IMG/VR virus record: IMGVR_UViG_3300018432_000304
Span: 1-55,092 of that record
Direction: 5' to 3' (one strand)
DNA: 55,092 bases
From: a virus
Lineage: Duplodnaviria; Caudoviricetes
Shown here piece by piece: positions 19,601 through 27,072 of this stretch (positions within the stretch are counted from its first letter, which is position 1; every line of letters starts with the position of its first letter). A program made the position numbers and the translations under genes. Under the pieces are notes generated by a model. The model ran no database searches. It was not told the DNA's origin and saw nothing but the letters and a program-made list of their open reading frames with translations.

Positions 19601-20397
19601 TCGGCATGACGACGCTGCAGACCACGGTGACCACCGGGATGACCAACATCTCGACCGCGGTGACCGAGGGGATGGTCACCGTCCAGGACGCCTTCACGGT
19701 CAACTGGACTGCGATCGAGACGGCGGCGGCCACCGCCATGACCAACATCGAGACCTCCGTGTCCACCGGGATGACCAACATCTCGACGGCCGCGACTACT
19801 GGGATGACCGAGGTCAAGACCGCCGTATCCACCGGCATGACCGACGCGGTCACCGAGGTCGAGCGGGGCGTCACGGCGATGGTGGCGGCGCTCGAGGGCG
19901 CGGTGGGCCAGTTCCGGACGGCCGGCTCGAACATGGGCGCCGCGCTGGCCGAGGGCATCCGTTCGCAGATCGGGGCGGTACGGGCCGCGGCCGACGAGAT
20001 CGCCGCCGAGGCGGCGCGTGCGGTCGAGGCCCGCGCCCAGATCAACTCGCCGTCGCGGGTGTTCATCGGCTTCGGCGAGATGATGGGCGCCGGTCTCGCC
20101 GCAGGTTTGAACAGGGGTGAATCCGAGGTCGAGCGGGCCGCCCGGTCGATGACCGACACCGTCATCAGAGCGGCATCCGCCATGGAAAGTGTGTTCGCCG
20201 CCGACACCTGGGCCACCGACTTCAACGCCCGGGTGAACACCAGCATGGCCGACCTCGACAAGTCGAGCGCTACCCCGGTGGGCGCGGCCGCGGGTGTGCA
20301 GATCACGCAGAACTTCAATGTGCCCAGCGCGGAGCGAGCCTCCGACGTGGCGGCCGCACGGATGCGCCGGATCGGCGCGATGGGAATCCTCGGATGA
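16699..20397 (+). CDS. Tape measure protein
   Basis: 1232 aa, Ala-rich; EVGRVSVRVLPDT N-terminus; INSPSRVF motif; 11-residue periodicity. Confidence 0.93.
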   Translation: MSSPGGREVGRVSVRVLPDTAGFRRDLKRAVDAAEAGLKVEIPVEFDVDTAGLRAQLEGIKAKVTIPVDLDLDTAGLRAQLAALDNSRVSIPVDLNLQDVGRLESTLARLRSKTIRLNVKANGVSQAIAQLTALDAVIRRVDGRRINVHVDVDAAAAAAQIAALEAALAGLSGSIGSIGSSGGQAMQGMQRGALQAAGALVLIPPLAAAVAVAGAGITAAYGAAATAVAAIPAAIALIAGPVAAVATGLDGIKRAAATIKPEFDAMKAAVSATFEQGLIPVFDRLADTFPRLTNGMQGTAVSLSDIGMRLAEMLASEPGLDRIDLLFANINKTLGDMSPGIAAAVDGFLIMGSQSGAFDVLSSAVNTFGQAFRSSVIETVSDGTLAGAMNGLEQLLDNLALAFVGAVENGLEVFAAAAPGVNAALESIGGFLDRFDWTSLGTSVGGVFQGLADGINSIPQGTIDAIEQSFADLATTFQSAEFGQAIQDIAVSVPEAIDLLNSAAKEFDTIAEGIKLTLETFNAVDQSFTGAIDGITGNIDRLREAMAKENNLDPKDPFGLATADDAIENIVRGWFGLPPVVSDAGNQTTGAAEDSFGKVPPAVDSALAGVPHAVAGQMDQVPVGVERPLNEVPPMVDSALGPVPAHVAAALANMSPEVAAALVTVTDAFQTGLTEMPAIVDAAFADLNAPIAAGMTSLATGITTGMVELRTALQTGFATMGVEAATGMMQVEMAINSSTLEWNTRIQAAMTLMQTTMSDGFVQIGASASIGLMAVEMAINTATLEWNTRIQAAMTLMQTTMSDGFVQIGAGASIGLMAVEMAINTATIAWNTRIAAAMILLQTTMATGWTDLGAGASIGLMAVEMAINTAVLAWNTRVQVGMTTLQTTMTTGWTTIAASTSISMMEVEMAINTAVLAWNTRLAAGLVVLQTTMSTGWTTIAASTSISMMEVEMAINTAVLAWNTRMQVGMTTLQTTVTTGMTNISTAVTEGMVTVQDAFTVNWTAIETAAATAMTNIETSVSTGMTNISTAATTGMTEVKTAVSTGMTDAVTEVERGVTAMVAALEGAVGQFRTAGSNMGAALAEGIRSQIGAVRAAADEIAAEAARAVEARAQINSPSRVFIGFGEMMGAGLAAGLNRGESEVERAARSMTDTVIRAASAMESVFAADTWATDFNARVNTSMADLDKSSATPVGAAAGVQITQNFNVPSAERASDVAAARMRRIGAMGILG
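18889..19620 (+). repeat. Six 132-bp (44-aa) tandem repeats in tape measure gene
   Basis: GTCGAGATGGCGATCAAC starts at 18889, 19021, 19153, 19285, 19417 and 19549. Confidence 0.9.
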
Positions 20398-21281
20398 GCT
20401 TGTACCCGCCGTTCTACCCACCCGCCTACCCGATGGCCAACCCGCCACCGCTGGTGGCCGAGCGGCTCCTGGTCAACGGCGTCGACCTGGGGTCCTACAC
20501 CTACATGACCACCGACGTGTCCAGCCTGCTGAGCGTGGCCGCCCGGCGCGGCGAGGACGTGGTCGTGGCCGGGCGGCACGGCCAGATCCGTCGGGGCGGG
20601 CGGTGCTTCGACGCCGGCGAGATCGTGCTGCCGATGTGGGTGGTCGGCGCCAACCCGGACGGCTCGATCCCCTCCGGCGGGATGGAGCAGGGGTTCTTCC
20701 GCCGCAAGGACCAGCTGCTGCAGCTGTTCTACGCCGACGAGGTGGTGCTCGCGTTCCGGCGCCCGGACGGGCTGGAGCTCTCCACGCGGGCCACGGTCGC
20801 CGAGGTCATGGACTTCACTCGCCGCCACGCCGAGCCGCTGGCGGCGGTCTCGGTGGCCCTGACGCTGCCGGATGCGTTCTGGACCGACACCCAGGACGTC
20901 TCGCAGTCCATCACCGGTGTCACCGGGACGAGCGCCGAGCTGACCGCGTTCGCCGGCAGCACGGCGCCGATCGCGGACGCCCGGATCACCTTCCACGGCC
21001 CGGTGTCCAACCCGCAGCTGACCATCGGCGACCGCTGGGTGCGGTTCAACGGCCTTGTCGCGGCCGGGCGGCAGCTGGTGCTCGAGTGCGGGCACTGGCG
21101 CGCCACCTCGGGCGCCGGGCCGGCCTGGGACCCGTCGGAGATCCAGGTCTACCGGGAGCCGGGCCCGGCCTGGCTGGAGATCCCGGCCTCGTACACCCCG
21201 CTGACCGCCCTGTTCAGCCACTCAGGCGGCGGCAGCGCGACTGTCGAGATCGCCGGCAACCGCAAATTCCTCGCAGCGTGA
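20394..21281 (+). CDS. Distal tail (Dit-like) protein
   Basis: Follows tape measure; RRGEDVVVAGRHG, PDAFW, GSTAPI..ITFHGP. Confidence 0.8.
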   Translation: MSLYPPFYPPAYPMANPPPLVAERLLVNGVDLGSYTYMTTDVSSLLSVAARRGEDVVVAGRHGQIRRGGRCFDAGEIVLPMWVVGANPDGSIPSGGMEQGFFRRKDQLLQLFYADEVVLAFRRPDGLELSTRATVAEVMDFTRRHAEPLAAVSVALTLPDAFWTDTQDVSQSITGVTGTSAELTAFAGSTAPIADARITFHGPVSNPQLTIGDRWVRFNGLVAAGRQLVLECGHWRATSGAGPAWDPSEIQVYREPGPAWLEIPASYTPLTALFSHSGGGSATVEIAGNRKFLAA

Positions 21282-21293
21282 GCAGGAGCTGAA

Positions 21294-21725
21294 GTGTCAA
21301 ATTTCTACGACAGGGCCCGCGAGGGCTTCGTGGCCGGCGAGATCGTCTGGAGGGCCACCGGCGGCTCCGTGATCAAGGCCAGCGCGGTGCGTGGCTACAC
21401 GTTCAACATTGCGCACAAGTTCGTGTCCGAGGCGATCGGCGCCGGCGGCACTCTGGTGGCTACCGAGACGCTCAACTCGCTGACCAACACCAACGGCGTC
21501 CTGGACGCGGCCGACGGGGTGTGGGAGGCGATGCCCGAGGGTCCCGCGGTCCCGCACATCATCATCTACCAGGCCAGTGCGGTGACCGGCGGCGTCGACG
21601 TGCCCGCGTCGCAGCAGCGGCTGATCCTGTTCCTCGACCGGGGCGCCGGCATCCCCATCCTCCCGAACGGCCAGAACGCCAACCTGAACTGGTCGCCGGG
21701 CGCCGACCGGATCGGGAGGTTCTGA
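21294..21725 (+). CDS. Minor tail protein
   Basis: NGVLDAAD..IIIYQ..LILFLD..PILPNGQN. Confidence 0.7.
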   Translation: MSNFYDRAREGFVAGEIVWRATGGSVIKASAVRGYTFNIAHKFVSEAIGAGGTLVATETLNSLTNTNGVLDAADGVWEAMPEGPAVPHIIIYQASAVTGGVDVPASQQRLILFLDRGAGIPILPNGQNANLNWSPGADRIGRF

Positions 21726-21726
21726 C

Positions 21727-23034
21727 GTGACCGTCCCGTTTTCCAATCGGTACACCCCGCGGACCTGGCACGACGGCCCCGGCGGTGGCACGCCGCTGAC
21801 CGCGGCCGACGGCATGAACCGGTGGGAGCAGGGCCTCGAGGCCCTCGACGTCGGCCTGGACGCCGCCGAGGACCGCCTCGACGCGCTGCAGGCCGCGGTG
21901 GGGCAGATCTCCGTCGACCGGATCCCGGCCGGGCCCACCTCACAGCGTCCGCAACCGCTGGTCGGACGGATGTTCTTCGACACGACGATCGGTAAGCCGA
22001 TCATCGGCAACGGCACCCAGTGGCTGGAGTTCGGTGCCGGCGAGGTGGTCGAGGGCCCCGGCAGCTCGACCGCGCCGGCGAACTTCACGGCGATCGTGCA
22101 GACCGACAACAGCATCGTCTGCTCGTGGTCGCCGGTCTCCGGGGCCTCGCACTACAAGCTGTACGAGGTGCGTAGCCCGGACGGCGTGGACGGCGCTACC
22201 GAGCTCACCACGACCTCGTCGACGCGCACCCCGTCGAGTACGGGCTACTACGAGTACTGGGTGACCGCGTTCGTCGACGGCACCGAGTCCGCACAGTCCG
22301 AGCACGGCATTCTGTCGCTGCCCTACGGATCCGACCCGGAGCACCCGGGCGACCCGGGCAGCGGCACCGGTGGCACGCCGGCCGAGGTGCTCGCGCTCGG
22401 CGCCGGCGGCGGTGACTGGAACCTCGGGGTCGGTCGGCCGTCTGGGCACGTCGACATCTCGCCGTCCGACCTGGAGAACGGATGGAGCGAGGCGCCGTAC
22501 TTCTACACCACCGAGGACGGCGCGTGGGTCCACTTCCAGGTCCCGATGAACGGGAAGACCACGTCAAGTGGGACCAAGTACCCAAGGTCTGAGCTGCGCG
22601 AGTACATCAACGGCAGCAAGGCGTCGTGGAACGCCGCGTCTGGCACGCACGTCATGAGCTACCGGGCGAAGGTCATCCACATGGAGGACGAGAAGCCGGA
22701 GTGCGTCATCGGGCAGATGCACGACGGCGGCGATGACACCCTCCAGATCCGGTGTGAGGGCACCGAGTGGGTGTGCAACATCAATGGCGAGACACATTCG
22801 ACCAGCCTGGGCAACTTCTCGTGGGGGACCGAGGTCGCCGTCGAGATCCGGATCGTCAACGGGACGCTCACGTTGAAGATCAACGGATCGACGAAGATCA
22901 CAACCAAGCCAGGGTGGGGTGGATCACAGTACTGGAAGATCGGAATGTACGCCCAGCAAAACGCAGCGAACGGGAACCCGTCCAGCGGGTACGCCTCCTG
23001 CGAGGTCCGTGACCTCGTCGTGTCACACAGCTGA
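21727..23034 (+). CDS. Tail-associated FN3 + polysaccharide lyase family 7 (alginate lyase-like) protein
   Basis: Fibre-type N-terminal anchor; FN3-like segment; PL7 motifs YPRSELRE, GQMH, YWKIGMYAQ. Confidence 0.8.
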   Translation: MTVPFSNRYTPRTWHDGPGGGTPLTAADGMNRWEQGLEALDVGLDAAEDRLDALQAAVGQISVDRIPAGPTSQRPQPLVGRMFFDTTIGKPIIGNGTQWLEFGAGEVVEGPGSSTAPANFTAIVQTDNSIVCSWSPVSGASHYKLYEVRSPDGVDGATELTTTSSTRTPSSTGYYEYWVTAFVDGTESAQSEHGILSLPYGSDPEHPGDPGSGTGGTPAEVLALGAGGGDWNLGVGRPSGHVDISPSDLENGWSEAPYFYTTEDGAWVHFQVPMNGKTTSSGTKYPRSELREYINGSKASWNAASGTHVMSYRAKVIHMEDEKPECVIGQMHDGGDDTLQIRCEGTEWVCNINGETHSTSLGNFSWGTEVAVEIRIVNGTLTLKINGSTKITTKPGWGGSQYWKIGMYAQQNAANGNPSSGYASCEVRDLVVSHS

Positions 23035-23109
23035 TAGAATCTTGAAAAAGGTGACCCCGGGGCGTTGGAGCGCCACCGGGGTCATGTCAGTCCTGGTTGG
23101 AGGACCAAC

Positions 23110-24060
23110 GTGGCGGAGTCTACGCCTGCCCCTGTCGAGGGCAAGACGTGCACAGGCCCTTGTGCCGAGTTCAAGCTATTCGGCGAGTTCTACGCCACTC
23201 GCGGCGGTCGCAGCTTTAGCAGCAGATGCAAGGTGTGCACGCGGGCAGACAACAACAAGGCCTACCGGCAGCGGTCGGACCGTACGGGTAGACCATGTGC
23301 ACCAGAGCCGATCCCCGTCGTGGACGGCCGAAAGCTCTGCGGTGACTGCGGCGAGAACAAGCTCCTGACCGACTTCACCCCCCGCGGTAAGGGGAAGTAC
23401 CGGCGAGAGTGCAGGGTGTGCAAGTTGAAGGCCGAGCAAGCTCGGCGGGAGAGCCCGGAGCACCGGGGTGCGTGGCTTGCGCGAAGGAAGGCGCACTACC
23501 AAGGCAACCGCGAGGCGATCCGCGAGGCGTCTAACGCTTGGCGCCGTGAGCGAGACGCCGCCGACCCGGCAGCCGCGAAGGCGCGGCGGCGGGTGCACTA
23601 CCTCGCCAACCGCGAGAAGTGTTACGCGGACGCCGCGAAGTGGAGGGCCGCGAACGTCGAGCGGCACCGAGCCAACGCGCGCAGCTGGGCTGCGCGTCAC
23701 CGCGCGGAGAACCTCGATCACGTCCGTGAGGTAGGCCGCCGCGCGATGGGCCGCCGGAGGGCTCGCCTGCGCGGCCTCCCGTCCGAGCCGTACACCCTCG
23801 TGGAACTGCTGGAACGCGACGGGACGGACTGCGTCCTGTGTGGCAACCCGCTGAACCTGACCGCGTCGTACCCAGATCCGAACGCACCGACCGTGGAGCA
23901 CCTTGAGTGCCTGTCGTGGCCGGGCGCGACAGCGGGCGACACCCCTTCGAATTGCGGCGTCTCCCACTGGGGCTGCAACAACGCCCGTCGCGACAAGCCC
24001 CACCCGGCCGCCGCCCGCAAGCGCGCCGAACTCCTAGCCGCGGAGGCTGCCGCCTCCTGA
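23110..24060 (+). CDS. Free-standing HNH homing endonuclease
   Basis: Two Cys-rich repeats; ERDGTDCVLCG..TVEH..N..SHWGCNNAR; own TAGAAT -10 and hairpin leader. Confidence 0.85.
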   Translation: MAESTPAPVEGKTCTGPCAEFKLFGEFYATRGGRSFSSRCKVCTRADNNKAYRQRSDRTGRPCAPEPIPVVDGRKLCGDCGENKLLTDFTPRGKGKYRRECRVCKLKAEQARRESPEHRGAWLARRKAHYQGNREAIREASNAWRRERDAADPAAAKARRRVHYLANREKCYADAAKWRAANVERHRANARSWAARHRAENLDHVREVGRRAMGRRRARLRGLPSEPYTLVELLERDGTDCVLCGNPLNLTASYPDPNAPTVEHLECLSWPGATAGDTPSNCGVSHWGCNNARRDKPHPAAARKRAELLAAEAAAS

Positions 24061-24081
24061 CCTAACTACAGAGGGAGTCGC

Positions 24082-27072
24082 GTGCCCGTCATCGAGCCTG
24101 TGTTCCCAGACGGGACGCCCTACCCGGTGATCCCGCCCGGTACGAACACGGTCAACGTGTCGACCTCGTCGGAGCTGTCCGACGCGCTGTCGTCGGCGTC
24201 CGCGGGTGACCGGATCGTCCTCGCCGCCGGCACGTACACCGGCGACTTCTCGATGAGCAACCGCAGCGGCACCGTCGTGGCCGGGATCTCGGTCGAGGCG
24301 GAGAACGTCGGCGGCGCGAGCATCGGGGCGGGGTCGACCTGGCGGCTCACCAACTGCGCCTACGTCACCGTGTCCGGACTGCTGTGGAACTGGCAGGGCG
24401 CGGGCGAGACGCTCCAGGTCCGCGGCACCAGCCACCACTGCCGGATCACCCGCTGCACGTTCGGTCCGAGCTCGCACACCGAGTCGTCGGATGTGCAGAC
24501 CTGGGTGTTCGTCGGCGACGACGCCTACCACATCCGGGTCGACCACAACGAGATCCGGAACAAGGGCACGTCCGGCAACGGTGTGCGGGTCTACGGCAGC
24601 TTCGACAAGGTCGACAACGGCCAGGGTTCCTCGGCCGGTTGCCGGTGGGTGCGGATCGACCACAACATCTTCCGGGCGATCGGGCCGGAGGTGGGGAACG
24701 ACAAGGAGCCCGTCCGGTACGGCGTGAGCTCGATGAGCCGGACGATCGCCAACGGGGTGATCGAGCGCAACGTCTTCCACGACTGCATCTGCGAGCCCGA
24801 GCTGATCAGCGTGAAGATGGGCGGCATCCGGGTCTCCGGCAACACGATCCTGCAGTCCGCCGGTGGCCCGGTGCTCCGTCACGGCACCAACTCGATCATG
24901 AGCCACAACTACATCATCGACCGGGCCGACACGTTCGGCGACACGATCGGCTCCGGCGGGATCCGCTTCTACGACGCCGATCACACGATCGCCCACAACT
25001 ACATCGACGGGATCTTCGGCGGGAACTTCCAGGGCCCCTTGCTCCTCGATACCGGCGACGCCGAGGGCAGCTCGACGGACCTGTCCGCGCACTGGCGGGT
25101 GATCGGCGCCCAGGTCGAGCGCAACGTCATCGTGGGCGGGCCCGAGGGCATCCGGATCGGCGACAACTACTCGAGCGTGCCGCGGGACTGCACGATCCGC
25201 GACAACATCGTCGTGGACACCGACTCGGGGGCGGCGATCACGCAGCGAGTCGCTCCGGCGGCCACCGTGCTGACCAACAACCAGTTCTACCGCACGACCT
25301 CGGCGGCCGGGATGACGGTGGACGCGGACACGATCGCCCGCAAGCCGGGCTTCGGGCCGCGGCTGACCTACCTGGAGCTGGCCGACGTCGGTCCGTCCGG
25401 GGACCTCGGGGACACCGACGGCACTGGTCTCGAGGTCGGCGGCGGCACCGCGCCGGTCGCCGTGCCGGCCGACGTGTTGAACATCGGCGACGAGGACGGG
25501 CAGAACCACTTCCAGCTGCAGTGGGCGGCCGACGGCGCCGGCTCGATCACGATCACGCAGTTCGCGGACGTGGCCGCCGGGTTCGCCGTCGACCCGTACT
25601 TCATCGTCACCGACCACTCCGGCGACGAGCCGCCCGCCCCGGCAGCCGTGCAGTTCCGGGTGCGCGCCGACTCGGCCACCACATCCGGCTCGTCGGAGCC
25701 GCGCTCGGAGCTGCGGGAGACCCGCGCCGACGGCAGCGAGATGGCGTTCGACGCGCTGGCCGGTGAGCACAGCCTGCGCACGACGTGCCGGATCACGCAC
25801 CTGCCCGCCAGCGACCCCGAGGTGACGGTCGCCCAGCTGCACAACGGCGTGACCGGCGACCGGATCAGCGTCCGCACCCAGCTGGTGAGCGGCCAGGTCA
25901 AGCTGCTGGCCCGGATCAACGGCACCGAGGCGATCCGGTTCGCCGAGTCGTACGCGATCGGCAGCGAGTTCACGGTCGAGCTGCGGGTCCGCGACGGCGG
26001 CCTCGTGGAGATCTTCTACGGCGGGTCGTCCACGCCGATCGCGGCGGGCCAGCTCGAGCCCTCCGGCGCGGGCGCGTCGTGGTTCTTCAAGGTCGGCGCG
26101 CACGCCGCGTTCAACGAGACCACCACCTCGGCCACCGAGTACGTCAGCGTGGAGCACCGCGACCTGGTCGTCTCTCATGGCGGGTTCCGGGTGGACGCGG
26201 GCGCGGACACGCAGGCGGTCGCCGGGCAGGTGTTCTCCCGGGACGCGATCGAGGTCGGCCTGACTGGGGTCACGTCGCGCCGGTGGACGATCGTGTCCCG
26301 CCCGCCGGTCCCGGACGACGACGATGACGATCCGGATCCCGACCCGGTCGACATGACCCAGGCCGCGATCCGGCACGGCTGGGGCACCCCACTGCCCAGC
26401 TCGGACGAGTTCAACTACGTCGGTCCGCCGAACTCCACGAAGTGGAAGCTGCCGGGCGCGGACTGGGCCGGGCACGCCGGCAACGGCCGCCGCCGCCCGG
26501 AGCGCACGACCGTCGACGGGTCGAAGCTGGTCATGACCGGCCTGGCCAACGGTGATTCCGGATGGTGCCAGCACCGCCTCGATCAGCAGTACGTGCGCTG
26601 GGAGGCGCGGATCCGCTGCTACCAGGGCGCGCCCTCGGTCGGCGAGCCGGACGCCACCTCCAACGGCAACGACTACCACTGCTTGCTGCTCATCTGGCCG
26701 GAGTCCAACGACTGGCCCGAGGACGGGGAGTACGACTTCTACGAGCTCGGCGTGCCCGGGCAGAACAGCCTCGAGGCGTACATGCACTACCCGCACGACC
26801 CCGACGTGTCCGTGCAGCAACAGCACTTCGAGAAGGCCGGCGTCGACACGTCGCAGTGGCACAACATCGCGCTGGAGTGGACGAGCACGGGCACGCGCGG
26901 CTACCTCGACGGCGTCCAGTGGTTCTCGGCGAGCGGGGGAGCAAGCAGCGTGCGCCGCAACATGCAGGACATGCCCGCGGGCCACCTGGTGATCCAGTGT
27001 GACAACTTCGACGGCACCGATCAGACCCCGGCCACCATCGAAGTCGAGTGGATGCGGGTGTACAACGTATGA
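24082..27072 (+). CDS. Multi-catalytic depolymerase: PL6 beta-helix + PL7 + GH16
   Basis: PL6 EPELISVK..LRHG; PL7 PRSELRE/QLH/FFKVG; GH16 WPEDGEYDFYE; no signal peptide. Confidence 0.8.
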   Translation: MPVIEPVFPDGTPYPVIPPGTNTVNVSTSSELSDALSSASAGDRIVLAAGTYTGDFSMSNRSGTVVAGISVEAENVGGASIGAGSTWRLTNCAYVTVSGLLWNWQGAGETLQVRGTSHHCRITRCTFGPSSHTESSDVQTWVFVGDDAYHIRVDHNEIRNKGTSGNGVRVYGSFDKVDNGQGSSAGCRWVRIDHNIFRAIGPEVGNDKEPVRYGVSSMSRTIANGVIERNVFHDCICEPELISVKMGGIRVSGNTILQSAGGPVLRHGTNSIMSHNYIIDRADTFGDTIGSGGIRFYDADHTIAHNYIDGIFGGNFQGPLLLDTGDAEGSSTDLSAHWRVIGAQVERNVIVGGPEGIRIGDNYSSVPRDCTIRDNIVVDTDSGAAITQRVAPAATVLTNNQFYRTTSAAGMTVDADTIARKPGFGPRLTYLELADVGPSGDLGDTDGTGLEVGGGTAPVAVPADVLNIGDEDGQNHFQLQWAADGAGSITITQFADVAAGFAVDPYFIVTDHSGDEPPAPAAVQFRVRADSATTSGSSEPRSELRETRADGSEMAFDALAGEHSLRTTCRITHLPASDPEVTVAQLHNGVTGDRISVRTQLVSGQVKLLARINGTEAIRFAESYAIGSEFTVELRVRDGGLVEIFYGGSSTPIAAGQLEPSGAGASWFFKVGAHAAFNETTTSATEYVSVEHRDLVVSHGGFRVDAGADTQAVAGQVFSRDAIEVGLTGVTSRRWTIVSRPPVPDDDDDDPDPDPVDMTQAAIRHGWGTPLPSSDEFNYVGPPNSTKWKLPGADWAGHAGNGRRRPERTTVDGSKLVMTGLANGDSGWCQHRLDQQYVRWEARIRCYQGAPSVGEPDATSNGNDYHCLLLIWPESNDWPEDGEYDFYELGVPGQNSLEAYMHYPHDPDVSVQQQHFEKAGVDTSQWHNIALEWTSTGTRGYLDGVQWFSASGGASSVRRNMQDMPAGHLVIQCDNFDGTDQTPATIEVEWMRVYNV

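Noticed and set aside
18889-19620. CRISPR array or DGR template/variable repeats
   Set aside because: Repeats are in-frame coding with no unique spacers or adenine-specific variation; no reverse transcriptase or cas gene seen
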